Position numbers and translations under genes: made by a program
Origin: the human T2T-CHM13v2.0 reference genome, Homo sapiens
Assembly: GCF_009914755.1 (NCBI RefSeq)
Contig: NC_060927.1
DNA: 64,000 nt
Strand: one strand, 5' to 3'
The notes under the pieces: generated by a model
The model's database searches: none
The model's input: only the letters and a program-made list of their open reading frames with translations
What the model was told of the DNA's origin: nothing
In this document: positions 13,085 through 28,599 of the stretch, piece after piece
How positions within the stretch are numbered: position 1 is the stretch's first letter
Layout: each line of letters starts with the position of its first letter

Positions 13085-14134
13085 AAATGTTATTGGGATG
13101 GAGAGCTTCCACTGTCCCAAATGTGGTGATAAGAATGCATTGAGTCTTGATTCGTTGGATTGTTTAGAAAGGCCTATACTAAGTCCTAGCCTGAACACCA
13201 CCAATGCTTGAAGTGGTGAAACAGATACTCATCTGTCCCCATTGGGCTTCAGCCATCTACATGTAACAGGACAAGCTGAGGTGACCCACAGAGCCCACGC
13301 TGGCCAACTCAGGAAGATGAGCCACAGATACCCCAACAGCAATGACAGGAAATGACCTGGACCCTCCCCTGAACTTATTCCCACTTCTCTTCCTCCCTCC
13401 CTCCTTTTGTCCTTGTCTACATCCTGCTGCCCTCCTTTCCCATTCTCAGACTCCCATTGGGTGTGGTTCCCCATGTCTTGCCCCCCGATGGCACTGGCCT
13501 GACTTCCCTTGGGCAGGAACCCTCTCACCAGCACCATAGCAGGGCCAGCCTGGTGCCCCCCAGGGGTGACACATATGGTAGACAGGGTCAGCTTTCTCAA
13601 ATGCTGTATACAGCATGGCTGGGCACATTCATGTAGGCTAAGCCACTCCTTTACCTGGCCCTAATGCCCTGTGATGAAAAAGCCTGTGCCAGGAGAGTGA
13701 ACCCAAATTTCAGACCACTGGTCTAGGACTTAAGTCCAATAGTTAATTTCAGGTCCAAGAGTTAGGACCCAAAAGGGACTGACCCTGGCCAAAGCCACTG
13801 TATGGCACACCTCTGGGAACCCCCATTCATATGGAATACAATGCTAGTAATGCCCCCTGGGGATGTGCAGCTGCTGCTGAGGCAAAGAATGTGAGGAACA
13901 ACCATTGCTTGAGGACCATGCATTATGTTTGTACATCACATGTGATTTCTTTTACTCCTGGCCACAACATAAGGACATATTATTAGACCAGTTTCATAGA
14001 TGAAGGTAGTAATAAGTGGGGCCAGAATTTGAGTATCTCTTTCCTGCTCCAAAACTGTTGGTCAAGCTTCTTCCTCTATAAAATGAGATCAGTAGCTCAG
14101 TGATCTCCAAGGTCCCTTTCAGCTGAGGTTCTGA

Positions 14135-14334
14135 GGCTGCACTGTTCAGTATGGTGGCCGTAAGCTACAAGTGACTATTTTAATTTAAATTAAATAAAAC
14201 TAAAAATCTAGTTCTTTGGTCACACTGGCCACATTTCAAGTGCTCAGTAGCACCAGTGCCTAGTGGTGACTATGTTGGATGGTGCAGATGTAGAACATTT
14301 CCATCATCCATCAAGTTGTATTTGCACAGCACTG
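14135..14334. mobile_element. MER3-like hAT-Charlie MITE
   Basis: cactggccacatttcaagtgctcagtagc...gcagatgtagaacatttccatcat...cagcactg. Confidence 0.8.
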
Positions 14335-14393
14335 GTCTAGGGATTTAGATAAAGAAGAAGACATGAACAAACAGCATAAAAGCAGAAATACAA

Positions 14394-15017
<624 letters not shown>

Positions 15018-18000
15018 GTCAGAAATACACATGGACGCTGGCCAGAACCTGGACACGAACCAATGGGCCGAGTTTCAGTTCTTGGGTACTTCAGAGAACA
15101 TAGCTCTCCCACCTTTCCTCAAGCTGTTCTCACCCTGGACACTCATCTGCATCACCTGCCCAAGCCCTGCTTTAAGGGTCTTGATGCAAGGGGTCTGGAG
15201 TGGAGCCAGGGCTTCCATATGACCAGAAGCTCCTGGGTAATGCTGACAGGATGCCAGGCTTAAGGATGGTATCATTATATCCTGAGACAGAATCCTGACC
15301 TACAGGCTGTGGAGGGCCCTAAACCTGTGGCCTCCTGATAGGGCCTCCCCTTTTTCAGTTCTCCAATGACCCAGACACCTTTGGCTTAAGAAATAACCAT
15401 GCAGAATCCCCAATCCCCATCAGCACCACTGCTTAGGCTTGACTGCAAAACCCAAACTTAATTCATCCCCATCCAGATGGGATTTCTCATCTATTCTCTT
15501 GGAAGAAGGTTCAGTGCGAATGCTCCATTTTTAATTTCCTCCCTCATTGTGCGCTCTCTGCCAGTATGGGGGTCAGTGCGACCTGGCTTTCAAAGCCTTA
15601 AGACGCGATATCCTAGAAGGCACCAGTGTGGGTGTTATAACTCATTTCATGCCTCTTTGGGTGCATGCATATAAAAAGGCCTCTCTAATAATATCGTGAT
15701 CTTATTGGTAATAATGATGATGACACCAGGGACCAGACACTTACTGTGTGCCCAGTGACTAAGGTGAATCTCTGTCTGGCTTTCTCTGTTCTCCTGTCTT
15801 TTGTCCCTTCCTATTTTCTCAGCCTTTTCCCTTTGTCTCTGTTGTTTCCTTCCTCACGTTCCTTCTCTCTTTTGAATGGCCACAGTATAGAATTAAAGTA
15901 CTTTTTGTCATTGCTATAATTATAGGATTGAATTTAATACTTACATCTGACCCTAAAAACACAAAGCAAAGCTGTGTCTCAGTTACGTATACATATGACC
16001 ACTCTTCTTGATTTGCCCTCAAATCTTTGATACTAAAAACATTCTTTCCCTGTTTTTTACTGTGGGCTCTTTGAGAGCAAAGACTGTTTTAAAGCTGCGG
16101 TTGGTGCCACAGGGAGCCTGTCCTGTTGATGATGATGATAATCATAGCAATCATAGCAACAATCTATGGTTCCAAGGGATATAAGTAGAACACATTGCTG
16201 CTGCCCACACAGGAGATGCAGCTACTGCAAAGAATGCTGTAACAAAAGTAACTGATGATCACACTGGGTGTTTTGCCCAAAGCTTCGGGACCAGTTGGTT
16301 CACGTGGCAAGTCCTGCTGGGCTGGGGCACATTAACCAGGAGTGCATTGTTGCCAGGCTTGCAGCAAAGGCTGTCAGGCACACACCAAGAGAGCATGGAG
16401 GAGCATCGAATTGGAATCAGTCAGACCCGAGCTCAACCCTTGCCTTACCCTTGGCCATCCATATGCTTTGGGCAAGTTATTCAATCCTGACTCTGTTTAC
16501 TCATGTGCACTCAATCAAGTTGAGTGAGAGAACAGTTACACCGGCTCAGTGGTAATACTTAATAAATGCTCTTATTTGGCTAATATTTATTGAGTGCTTT
16601 CTCTGCGCTATGCATGATACTGATCCCTTAACATGAGGAAACTGAGGCTTAGAACAGTTTAAGTTTTTCCAAGATCCCACATAGCAAGAGGAGGAGCTGG
16701 CATTTACCCACTACCTAAGGTATCACCCATAAGTTAATGCCCAAGGAGTAAAGAGGAAGGGCCTATCTGAAGGCCCAAATTCTCAAGTTCATCAATGCAA
16801 GGGATTGCTGATGTGCTAACATTCCTGGATCCATGGACTCCCCCTGCAGCCCCCTTGCATAGATGTTCAAACACTCTAACTCAGACCAGCTCTTCCAGTC
16901 ACCAGCCCTGCGTCTTCTGTGTACCCTAGAATAAGTAAGACAAGCAGAGTCTGTGCGTAGGAAAGAAAAGTGGGCACAGAGGGCTCAGCCAGCGTTATAA
17001 GCCAGTATAATAAACAAATAAATTACTCCTCTCTGGCTGAACTAGCTGGTGAGTAAAAGCATTGTTGTGGTGCCCTCTGCTGGGCGTGTGTTGCTTGTAA
17101 TGAATTTGTGGCAGAACCACACCTGGGTCTCAGAACTGTCTTCTTCCACCCTGGCTGGAGACTGTAGGCCACCAGTGTCCTAGGACCTGTTGGAGACAGC
17201 TCTGCTGGGCCTTTTGTGGTTGTCAGGGTGTAGCTTTTTTCTAGTGTGGAACACTGATTTGCCTGAAATAGACTATTTTTATAGCCTGGCATTCCCTACT
17301 CTCTGCTGTTGGGACCAGAGAGGGACTTTTCATTTGTTAGTCTTGGCTTTTGCAGAGAATGGGGGAGAATTTCCGTCCCATAAAAAAGGACCCCAGCCAC
17401 CACATATACACACAAGTCTGAGCCACTGCAAAAATGAAATATTAAGTATTGTTTCCCCTTTTTAAACTTGTATTCAGTGATTTACAGTGAGAAGCTTGTA
17501 GATTTTTTTTAAAGGCCAGATACAGTAAATGGCTTCTGTGAGGCTGCAATAATACTGCATCTGGCAACTAGGCTGTCAGCTTCATAAGGGCCAGCACTGT
17601 GTCTTACAGCCTATAAATTCAGTCACAAACATGCAACCAAGGATCACAAACAAAAGGCCATCCCTGCCCTCATGGAGTTCATTGTGTGTGGAAGACACAG
17701 CAAGTCAGTGCACAACGATAACAGTGTGGACAGAGCTGTGTGATCACACAGGAGGAGCAACCTAGCCAATCCCAAGGTACACCAGGGCCAAGGGCGTGTC
17801 CCTCTTGATACATGGAGGTTTGCCATAGAATGATGTTTTCCTTCATTTTTAATAACTTCACTTGCCAGTTGACCACCATCCTCAATCTCTATCCTCTCTG
17901 AAAGCTGCTCATTTTCTGTCAGATATTTAGCAGAATCGCAGAATGGCTCTGAATACCTAGCCCTGTGAAAACCTCGGGTGTTGTCAAGCTGCATCATCCA

Positions 18001-20147
18001 AACTGCTCTGGACACTCGAGACAGGGTCAGTGCTTGCTGTGCCCTCAGAATGAAGGAGATGACACTCAGCCAAAAGCCACTTTACATGTGTGTTAGCTTG
18101 GCTCTCCTCCAAGTAAAACCTTGCTCTCCAGGATGTAAGTGTAGATGACAGTGGGATCCTTTTTATTTCTTTCTCTTACTCCATAATTTTGTGTAAGAAA
18201 TTGGAAAAAAAAAATTAGGCACTTTGAAAAACTCATTTTGTAACCATTCACTCGATAGCAAACATTCATTGATTTCCAATTCTGTACTAGTTACTGTGCC
18301 AGGGGCTACAGATGTCACTGCTAAAAGAACATTACCCTCAGTTGCTCCACAGTCTAGTGGGGGCCCCAGGCCAGAAGAGAGATGTTTGCAAGAGTGCAGT
18401 AAAACATAAGTACAGAAGAAGCCCATGACCACCAGCCCAGTTGGGGAAGGGGGCAATTGGTAGATTTCCCACAGGCCATGGCCTGCTTGAACTGAACCTT
18501 ATCGACGCACAGTGTCTTGAGGAACTGATAAGGCAAGGAGAGCTCATCACCTCTGGGTTGCGTTAACCTATGACCATTGCATCGAAAGGCAGGTCTGGAG
18601 GCCCATCATGCTCTCTCTTCTATATTTGAAGGGATAGGAGCAGGTTGTAACACTTGGTTCACAGCTTAGGGGGTTCCATATTTGTTCTGTAAGCCCACCT
18701 TTCTCCTAGATCACCCCAAGGTTTCGTGGGGAAAGTAGAGGTTTCCTACGACTCTGAATCTGAACTGGCCTGCATTACCACTCTCCAACAGAGTGAACCA
18801 GACGCCCTGTATGTGAGGGGTCCTGGGCCCTAGCCTGGCCTGTGATGATGGGGATGCTGGGTTTTGATCCTCATCTATCTCTGTGTCTTTCCTCAGACTG
18901 GTCCAGAGTCCTTAGGAGGCAAGGCCATTGAGTGCATCTTCCTCTTCCAACCTCTAATCTTAAAGCTCAGTGTTGTCACCCAAGTATCCTGTGCTCATTT
19001 TTGCTGTCTTTCTTTCTTTGTTATTCTCTCATACCTTTTTTTTTTAAGCTACCATTATCATACAGTTTACTGTGAGTGCAGGGCAAGATTAAGTTTCCAC
19101 GACTCTCAAGGAATTAAGTCACTTGGCCAAGGTAGTGTAGCCGAGGTGGTCACGGAGCCCAGGCACGGCTGACTCCTGGGTCCAGCTCCAAAGCACCCCA
19201 TGGCCCTGCCCACAGCTCTTCTCTGAAAGAGCTTGCCTTTGTCTCCTAGGCTAGGTACCTGTGGGAGAGAGAAAGGTGAGGAAATGAGCACACTTTGCAC
19301 TGGGACAGAAGGGAGTAGGGGCTGCTGGTGCTGACATCAACCAGCAGGTGGAAGCCCACTGCAAAGGGGGTCTGAGTTTTGGATCAGTACTTTGTTTAAT
19401 ACTGTAATCATAGATGCTTTCAGTGGCTTTGTGAATATACCCTTTCCTTCTTAAGATTACCAATGTAAAAACAGCAAAATAAACAACCAGTAAAATATAA
19501 TTCCTTCATTAAATGGCAAAGAAAAACTTTAGTCTCTTTCTATTTGATAAAATTCTCTATACAACATTTGAGCTTCACAATACAACATATATATATATAA
19601 TGCATTATATATCTATAATGCAATTCAAGTTTGTTCCTGTCAGTCACTTGAATTTCCATTTCTGCCACTTATCCTTAGGTTAGAGTTTGTTTTCCTTCCT
19701 TTAATTTAGGAGCTACATGGGAATATGTTGTAATAGTCCTGTGCTGTGGATGGATCATACCTTGCTCTGGGATCTCTTCAGGTTTGGAGGTCTTTGAGGA
19801 GAACATGCTTTCCACTTTGCATGCCCGAGAGCAACTCATCACACACAGTTGGCCCTGAGAAATATTGGCCGCAAGAGTGGTGGATAAGAAAGAGCCGTAT
19901 GAGAGCTGGCCCCGTAAAATTACACTACATCTCATTCTTTCTACTAGGCCTGGCTGACTTGCAAGGGAATAAACATTTACCTGGCCTTATATACTGATTT
20001 GCAGCTTTTAAGGCTCACGTGAAAAGAGCCATTACCATTAAACATGTTTTCTCCATGCTGGACAATGTCTGCCCCCAAAAGGTGAAGGCACACCTCCCAG
20101 GCACTGTACCTTATGAGCTCACCCCTTCCCCTCTTTCCTTTCCACAG

Positions 20148-20301
20148 AGGTCCCAGTCTGCCTTCTCAATCACTGGAGAAGAAGCCCTGAAGACCCCTCC
20201 AGTGGAGGCTCCATCGAGGCAGCCAAGGGACCAAGGCCAACACCCGAGAGCAGAGTCTGCTCTGCCCAGCTGGAAGAGTGTGGACAGGCTGGATGAAACA
20301 A
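20148..20301 (+). CDS. MYRIP: MYRIP internal coding exon (154 nt, phase 0-1): RSQSAFSITGEEALK...SVDRLDET
   Basis: tttccacag| acceptor and ACA A|gtaact donor. The split codon A|AC (Asn) joins to the exon at 27755. Confidence 0.95.
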
Positions 20302-20788
20302 GTAACTGTTTTAAGCAGTATCTAGTTGGTCTGTGGGTTTCAAAAGTGTGGTTTGGAGACATCTTGGCTATTGCATGGCCACTCTGCTCTTCTTCCCATA
20401 AGTCTGAACTGGTGTGTGTCCCTCTGGGCTACCAAGTCATGAGGCCTCCAGCACAACACACAATATATAATGTGGTCATGTTCTCCACCCAGGCAGTTTT
20501 CCTAGCTGCTCTGGCAGAATGAAGGCTCTTAGGGTGTCATCATATTCTATGCTCTGTGCTGAGACCTGTGGGACAGATTGGGGGCTCCTGGACAAGTGTG
20601 TTCACATCACTCCACTGCACACCCCACTTCAGCTGCCTGTTCTATGTGGACTAGGAGAATGTGTCTTATGTGGGCCAGGAGCATTAAACCAACCTCTCAT
20701 GGCATTTCAACTTTCAAAGGGATTTGGGTCCCAGCAAATTTGGGTCCTTAGGGCTGGTTTTAAGGATGTCCTTTCTGAAACTGGATAA

Positions 20789-21225
20789 ATTAGTTAGGGT
20801 AGCATATGCCACTATAACAAGTAAACTGAATATCTAAGCGGCTTAATACAATCATTTTCTTTTTCATCACACAACAGTGCAGTACAAGTACCCCTGGCCT
20901 GTGGGAAGCCTTCAGAGGCCAAAGTACAAGGTTCCCACCTTGTGGCTCTATCATCCTCCAGGGCCTCTGAGTCTTTTATGGGCTTATCCATATTCAGACA
21001 GCAGATGGAGGAAGGCAGCATGGAAAAGGCAGGTACCTGCTTCTTAACTATCTCAGCACGGAGAGCTCACGCCACTTTCACTCCCAACCTGTGGACAGGA
21101 ACTGGTCACGTGGCCCCACCTCAATGCAGGCCCGGAGAAATGGCATCCTGGCTGGGCAGATGCATACCAGTAACACGGCTGGGCCATGAAAGAGTCTTTG
21201 GTGGGCAGTTGTCTATCCCTGCCTG
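20789..21225 (-). mobile_element. Old MLT1-type LTR
   Basis: attagttagggt...taagcggcttaatacaatcattttc...ggaactggtcacgtggccccacctcaatgcagg. Confidence 0.65.
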
Positions 21226-24218
21226 AGGGACATCCTGAGGAAGGCATTGATGTTTGCTTGCACCTCTGCTCTTCCTGATTCCTCCCCCTAGAATGTCCTG
21301 CCTCTACATGGGGCAAGTCAGCTTGCCTCTTTAGAGACTCTTCAACATGTATGGAATGTGGTCCTTTATAAAGCTGTTGAGTCACGTAATCCCTCAAAAT
21401 GAAGGGGCTCAAATGAACTGAGTCATTTTCCTAAAGTCTCACATCAGAAGACTGTAAGTTGCTTGGACCCATCACTGTGGGTGACGGCCGAGGGCCATGA
21501 AGCCCCTGTGCTCAGGGGGCCTCCTGGTCTACATGAATGTCAGACTAAAACTTCCCCCAACCCCTGCACAGGTCTACTCCTCTCTTCCTATTTCCTGCAT
21601 ACACACACTGTGTCAGGAGGCCAGGCATATTTGTCTTCACATGAAGAAAGCATTAACAGTATTCTCATCCCATGTCGTATCAGATTTAGACCCCTTTCCT
21701 GAATAATGAAAACAACAAAAAAGATTAACAGCAGCATAGCCATCCTAGTAATAAGCTTTTAAAGATTGTGCTATTATTTCTACTCTAAAAGGGAAAAGAT
21801 TTAACCAACAACTATAGAAACAAAATCCATTGTTACGACAGTGCAAAGAATCAGAAAACATTAAATATTTTTAACTGTCATTCTAAAGATTTACCAAAAG
21901 AGATTATTTTTATATTAACCTTTTAGTACCTATTAGTAGAAACTGCAGTGCCATGACATTGCAGAAATTCTGCAGCATGTGATCGTTTCTTTACTTATGT
22001 ATATGGTGTTTGCTTTTGCTTTTTAAGTGCATTTTTCTTTTCTAGATATGCCTTTCTTTCCTCCCTCTGCCCTCCCAGTCTATTCATATTCATTCATTCA
22101 TATTCTCGCTCTCTCTCTTCTTCCTCATTTTCTCACTTCTCTCTCTTTCTCTATGGATTGCAAATGCACACAGAAAATGGACTGTTAGATTCCATAGAGT
22201 ACATGAGAATACCACATAATAGAACTTCAATACACAATATCTAGCTTTCTAAAATCACTTTAAAACATACAGAGTCACTTAAAGTATAATAAAAAAAATA
22301 CAGAGTCCATATGTAGGCACTATTTTATTTTTTCCTCCAACAGCATTACCAGACACTGTCATTATTTTGTTTTGCAGATAAGAACATTGATGGACAGGGA
22401 AGTTAAGTGACTTGTTCAAGACCCCACAGCCAATGTAGGCAGAGCTGGTCCTCAAATCCAAACAGCATGACTCCAATTTGCAGGTTTTCAACTACTGCAT
22501 TATAAGTGTCTCTCTACCATAAAAACAAACAAACAAAAAACAAACAAAAATTCAGACTTGCAAAGTGATAAATGTGTAGGATATTATAAAAACAACTACA
22601 AGATGCTCTATTTCACAAAATAGTTTCCAACTGGATTATGAGCATTCATAATAAATTTGCAAAGGAATTTTGTTTTCAAAACATGATTTTGTACATAATT
22701 TTCTGTAAAATTAGGCACCCATAGGTAATTTTTCAATTGTATATAAACATAAAACTTAGTTCCACAGCATCACACACCCAAAAAAAGATTTCACATTCTG
22801 CTCAAAACTCTATGCATCTCTCAGGATAAAGATTTAAAATTTTTTAAAAAGGACTTGGGTGGAAAACTTCTGGTTTTCTGAGGAATTTTTAGCCCTTGAC
22901 ATGCTAAACTGTCCATGCCAGCCTCAGAGGTCTTGAGGGATGTCTGAAATGTTTAGCAGGAAGCAAATTATTCCTACAGGCATTGCTCAATCTCAGTTGG
23001 GCAGAAACATCAAATAGAAGCGTTCCGAAGGTGGAGGTCATCTTAGAAAGTGAATGCCCACTGGGCTATATTTGGCAGTTGTGTTTATGCCTCAGGAGAA
23101 GGGTTGATTCAGGAGCCTGTTAGTGCACAGTTGGGGTCAGTCTTAGGGGCACTGCGGTTTGGGTAAACCACAGTAACTCCGCTTTCAGTCTTGACGCTGC
23201 TTATAGCAGTTAATGGGTTTCCCCCAAATGCATTTTCACTTTATAAACCTTGATTAGGCATCTGCTGTATATGCTGCGTGTGTTCAGTGTTGGGGAAATA
23301 AAGATCGGGGAATTGTCACTGCTCTGGGATCACTCAGTGAGAGTTAGTTGTCTGCACAATAATGGAAGAGCAGGAATTTGGAGAAAGAGGAAGAGGGAGC
23401 AGGATCCCCGAGGGGTGTTCCTGATGGACCGAGAGACTGTGGTATTGGAGCACAGGTGCAGCTTTGATAATGCTGCTCAACAACCACCAAAGTTTTCACA
23501 TGTCTGGGTATTCAGGGAGCCATCTGTGTTTTTGCTAAGAAGTAAAAGTTTGCTGAGGGAAAATTTGGTCAACTTCTAGCTTCCAAAGAGGCATGAGGCA
23601 ACCTAGGGTTGTAAAAAAGCAGGAGAAGGAGAGCTGGCAATGGGTCAAATGCCACCTCACCATGTAGGGGACCACATTTATAACATGGTCAACCCTAGAG
23701 CCAGCCCTGAGTGGCATTATCAAGGGTCGCCTCCTTTGGATTCCTCCCAGGGCCCCAGGAGAAGCTGTAGACAGCAGGGCTCATTGAGAGCTGCTCAATG
23801 AGCCCCGTCGCCCCTATAGCCTTTGGTGCCTGTATTCATTAACAAGTAGTATTCATGTGCCCAGGATGAGACGCAAAGTTGGCCAGGGGCTTGGGGCATA
23901 GCAGTGAAGAAGACGTGGCTCTGCCCTCAAGGAGCCCATGATCAGGATTGAGGGGTAGGGTAGACAACCAAGAAAATAAACTATAATATAGTTTGAGTGT
24001 TAAGAAATGAAAGCTTTTTGGCAAAGCTCAGAGAACAGAATAGCCAGCGTCTCAAGGAAGGAAGGCCAAGCATATGCAATTGAGGAGTGATGTATAAGTC
24101 AAGTCTTGAAAGATGGTCCAGAGAGCAGCCTCAGTGACAGATTAGAAGGCCCAGAGGACTTTTCCTTTCTTCTCAGAGTGAGTGCTCCACAGCCATGCTC
24201 GGAGTCCACTTTGCATCA

Positions 24219-24700
24219 TGTGGGCGTCTTGGTTTGACTCCCACCAGAAGCAGAACCTAATATGAGGATCTGAAGACCTATAGTTTATTTGGGAGGTGAG
24301 CCCAGAAAACACACAGGGAGGGGAGTAGAAATGTGAGACAAGGAAAGAAAATCAGGCAATAAATGACTTGTTACTGAGCAGATGGCCACTGTGGGTGGCT
24401 GGAGCTTGACCCCACTGGGGACTCTGGGAGCCAGTGTAGAAGACTCACCTGCCTGGCAAGCAAAAGAGGGGGGATACTTAGCCACCAGCTCCCCTACTCA
24501 TTGGTTGAGGGCTGCTCCCAGGAGGCGATGAATCCTGGGTACTTCCACTCTGCCCCTGGGGCAGGCAACACAGGCTCTAGTAGCCAGAGCAAGCCTCAAG
24601 TAAAGACTTGCAAGTGCTGCCAATTGGAAGTCCAGCTGGCATACACTGAAGTCGTGAGGGCCAAGGTTTGGGGTGGGGCACACACAGAGCCTGCTGCAGT
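24219..24700 (-). mobile_element. ERVL LTR (LTR16/LTR33-like)
   Basis: cccaccagaagcagaacc...tagtttatttgggaggtgagcccagaaaacac...gtgagacaaggaaag. Confidence 0.6.
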
Positions 24701-26423
24701 AAAAATCAATATAACTACTTACTAGCCATGCATAGCTTCACTGAGAACCTGAGCATTCCTGAGAAACCCTTACCACCTGACTGACAATCCCCAGACACAG
24801 CATTAGGAGAATGCCAGCAAAATAGAAATACTTTTCTCAAAAGACCTGCTATTACCACCACCACAGGTAGAACCCAATAATAAATGGTAATAATAATGCT
24901 AGCAAGCCACTCTTCTGAATAGCTCCATTGTCAATGAAAATAGTGTTGCTGTATAGATATTAATATGTCATACTGAATAGTGACTATCAGATACATATAT
25001 ATTTTCTGTATGCATACATATGGAGTGCATGGGTGTTAATTCATAACCAGGTGTTAAGTACTAATGCTAAATCTGATTCAACAGATATAAGCTAAAAATA
25101 GCTCAGGGCCCTAAGTATAGCAGGCACTAGGATTGATGCTTTATATGCGTTATCTCATATTAATTCTAGTGACAGCCAAAGGTGGGTCACACTGACCCCA
25201 CTGTTGGACAAGGAAGTAGGCCCAGAGGTGTTCTCTAACCAAGGTCACCCGCTAGTAAATTCAGTAGCTGGGGATCAGCCCTGCATCTGCTTTAATCCAA
25301 AGCTCTTGTTCTTTGCCCTATACTAAAGCAGCCTCCTTCATTTATAGACAAGGGGAAAGGAGCCATCAGGAATTAATTTCCTCCCTGAGCAGGCATGTGT
25401 AACACACTCACAAGCATCCCCTCGTGCAGTCCTCTGACAACCCAGTGAGGTTTTAGCTATGCCCTTTTTCACCAGTCAGAGAACCGAGGCACAGAGGATC
25501 ACATAGCTGCCAGGTGGCTGAGTGGGGCTTCCTCCCGGACCTCTGGCTTCGAGACCACTGGTCTTTCCACTGCACAAACTGGCTCTGGGACACAGCAGGC
25601 TAATTTTCTTGTAAGGATAAAGAGATGCCTGAGATCCAGGCCCTGCCTCAGGGACCTTGTCCTCATACTCAGCAGGTGTGTGACAGGTAGAACACATGGA
25701 AGAACGTGGAATGAGCCAACCAGGCCCTCACACCAGGAGAGCTCAGAGGAGAGGCCATGATATAAGCAGGGAGATGAGAATGTCCTCCAGGAAAAGGCCA
25801 TTCCCACCAGTGGGATGAGGTGTTGTAGAGTCACTAGGGCTTTACTACATGGAAGTGGTGGAGAGGGACACTGAAGGCAAGAGCAGCAGAGAAAGGCAGG
25901 TGTGTGGTCTCAGGCTTCTTGGAGGACCCTGCTTGTATCAGCCCACTGCCAGGGACCAGCGTCCTCCTCGTCAGTGAAAGCCCCACTTCCTGACTCTCAA
26001 AATAAAAATAACTCGATGTCCTGCCAGTCTGAGCTGCAGTCAGGCAGTGGAAGTGGAACTGGGTTGCTGTTGAAAACATATGTTCCACCAGCATCTGAAT
26101 TCCCCTAAGGCTGTGGTTCTGAAACAGGCTTAGCAGGTACAATGCTCTGTGGGCAGCACTGTGAAATACTGATAACTTTCCTTTCATTATGTGGAGCAGT
26201 AGCAGTTTAACTGGTAGAAAACCTGTGTGTTTTAACTAGCATAAAGTAAGACCCTGCTTCAGAGTCCTACTGCAGCAGGGCTGTGGCTGCTACAGGCCTT
26301 AAGCCCCAAAGCAGATGTCCACACACAAACTGGGGAATGGTTTCTTCAAAGCCCTGGGGTCCTCATCACTGCCCCCAGGCAACCCTGCAACAGTCCTGGT
26401 TAAAAGGAAAAAAAAAAAAAAAA

Positions 26424-26716
<293 letters not shown>

Positions 26717-27754
26717 GACAGCTCCTGTTGGCAACTGCTGTGCCTGAGACCTCAGTCCTGGGCCAAGTACGAATAGCTAAAGGAGCAGCATTTCATCTTA
26801 TTCCCACCCCACAGACACGTGGGAAGAAAGCATTTTCCTATTCGCCTTAAACAAGACAAAACAACTTTTACCAATCCACCCCCAGCATGCAGATCAATCC
26901 TTGGGACCATGCTCCAGGCAGACCTGAGCCCAGTTTAGACCACTCCAGACCATAGTCACAGCCTGAGAACTGCTCCAGCTGCCCTTGCATGGTGCTCTGC
27001 AGCTGGCCAAGGACTTCCGTGGCACAATCTATAGCCCAGAGCTGCCTTGGAGTCAGGTAGAGGATGCACCTCGTCCTCACTCTAAAAGTTAGCAGCTCTG
27101 TGACCTTTAACAGTTACTTAACTTCGCTCATCTTCATTTCCTCATCCATAAAATGACATTGGAAATACCAAAGTTTTTTGGCCTCAAGTCCTTTCCAGAG
27201 TGAGGCATGTTCCTTGAGTTAAAAATAGACCTATGTGCCTATCTCAGGAGCCTATTACGAAGTAGGATCTATAAAAGAGCCAAGAGCAGATGTGTTAACC
27301 TCTGAGGTCTGCCAGGGCAGGTGGTGGAATTGTTTCCCATCAGTGAGGGGAAACTAAGGATCCAGGAGACAAAATTGTAGCCCAAGGTCAAAGAGCCAGA
27401 AGCTGGTACTGCCAACTGCAGCCCTCTCCCCTCCCCTTCCAGGCAAGCCTAGGGCAGGAGTGGGACAGTGCTGAGGAGACTGAGATGGTATCAACCCTGG
27501 TAGACTGAAATAGGAGCCAGATCTCTGAGTTTCTCTGCATCTGTGAAGCACTGGGACCCTTTGAGCTTTCAAGAGATTCCTTGGGGAACTTTGAACTCTG
27601 CCCACCAATTGGGTTTGCCTTCCTGGGCTTCCTAAAGGCAACTGCTCTCCAACAGCCCCACAAGCCACTCTTGGGGAGGTAACAAGTGGCAACTTCATCT
27701 TGCATTAAAGTGATAACAGCCCCTCTCTGCTTTCTCTATCCTCTCCATCCACAG

Positions 27755-28392
27755 ACCTGGCCCCAGTTTTGCAGAGCCCCGACGGGAACTGGGTGGCCCT
27801 GAAGGATGGCGCTCCACCCCCCACCCGACTACTGGCCAAACCTAAGAGCGGGACGTTTCAGGCCCTGGAGGTGGCCTCCAGTGTGGCATCTGCCTACGAT
27901 GAGATGGGCTCCGATAGCGAGGAAGACTTTGACTGGAGTGAGGCCTTGAGCAAGCTGTGTCCCAGGTCCCGGGCCCTGCCCAGGAACCCCCAGCCTCAGC
28001 CCACACAGGCCCAGAGCTCTGACCAAGGCCCCATAGCTGCCTCCCCATCCTCTGCACTCTCCCCCAACCCTGAGGCCATGTGCTCTGACTCGGAGACCTC
28101 CTCCGCAGGCTCTTCCCGAGAAGTTGGGCACCAGGCCAGACTGTCCTGGTTGCAGAGGAAGGCCCCCAGGAACCCTGCAGCTGAGAAGATGCGCTTGCAT
28201 GGAGAGCTGGACGTGAACTTCAACCCCCAGTTGGCCAGCAGGGAGACCTCGGACAGCAGCGAGCCGGAGGAGGCCCCCCACACCACAGACCGGCGGGCCA
28301 GGAGGTGGAGAAGAGCCCGATTGGGCTCAGAAGAGCCAAGCAAAGAACCATCTTCCCCCAGCGCCCAGCTCCGGGATCTAGACACACATCAG
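27755..28392 (+). CDS. MYRIP: MYRIP large internal coding exon (638 nt, phase 1-0): (N)LAPVLQSPDGNWVALKDG...LRDLDTHQ
   Basis: ccatccacag| acceptor and CAG|gtaatg donor. CpG-retaining, GC-rich open frame matching ORF 27769..28434. Confidence 0.97.
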
Positions 28393-28599
28393 GTAATGGA
28401 AGTGCATGCGTGCAAATGCACACACACTCTTTAGGTAGGATGTGCCCTACTCCAAGCACAAGTGGCATAGAGTCCTGGGTTTGGAATCCGCAGACCCAGA
28501 TTCTCATCTTGGTTTTGCAGCTAAGTAGCTGAGTGCCTCTAGACAGGTCACATCAACTCTTTGGGACTCCACGTCCTCTTTGGAGATGACAGCCTAGAA

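Noticed and set aside
27829-28385. Antisense ORFs (150 aa and 129 aa) over the large exon
   Set aside because: Expected shadow frames of a GC-rich coding exon; no independent evidence.
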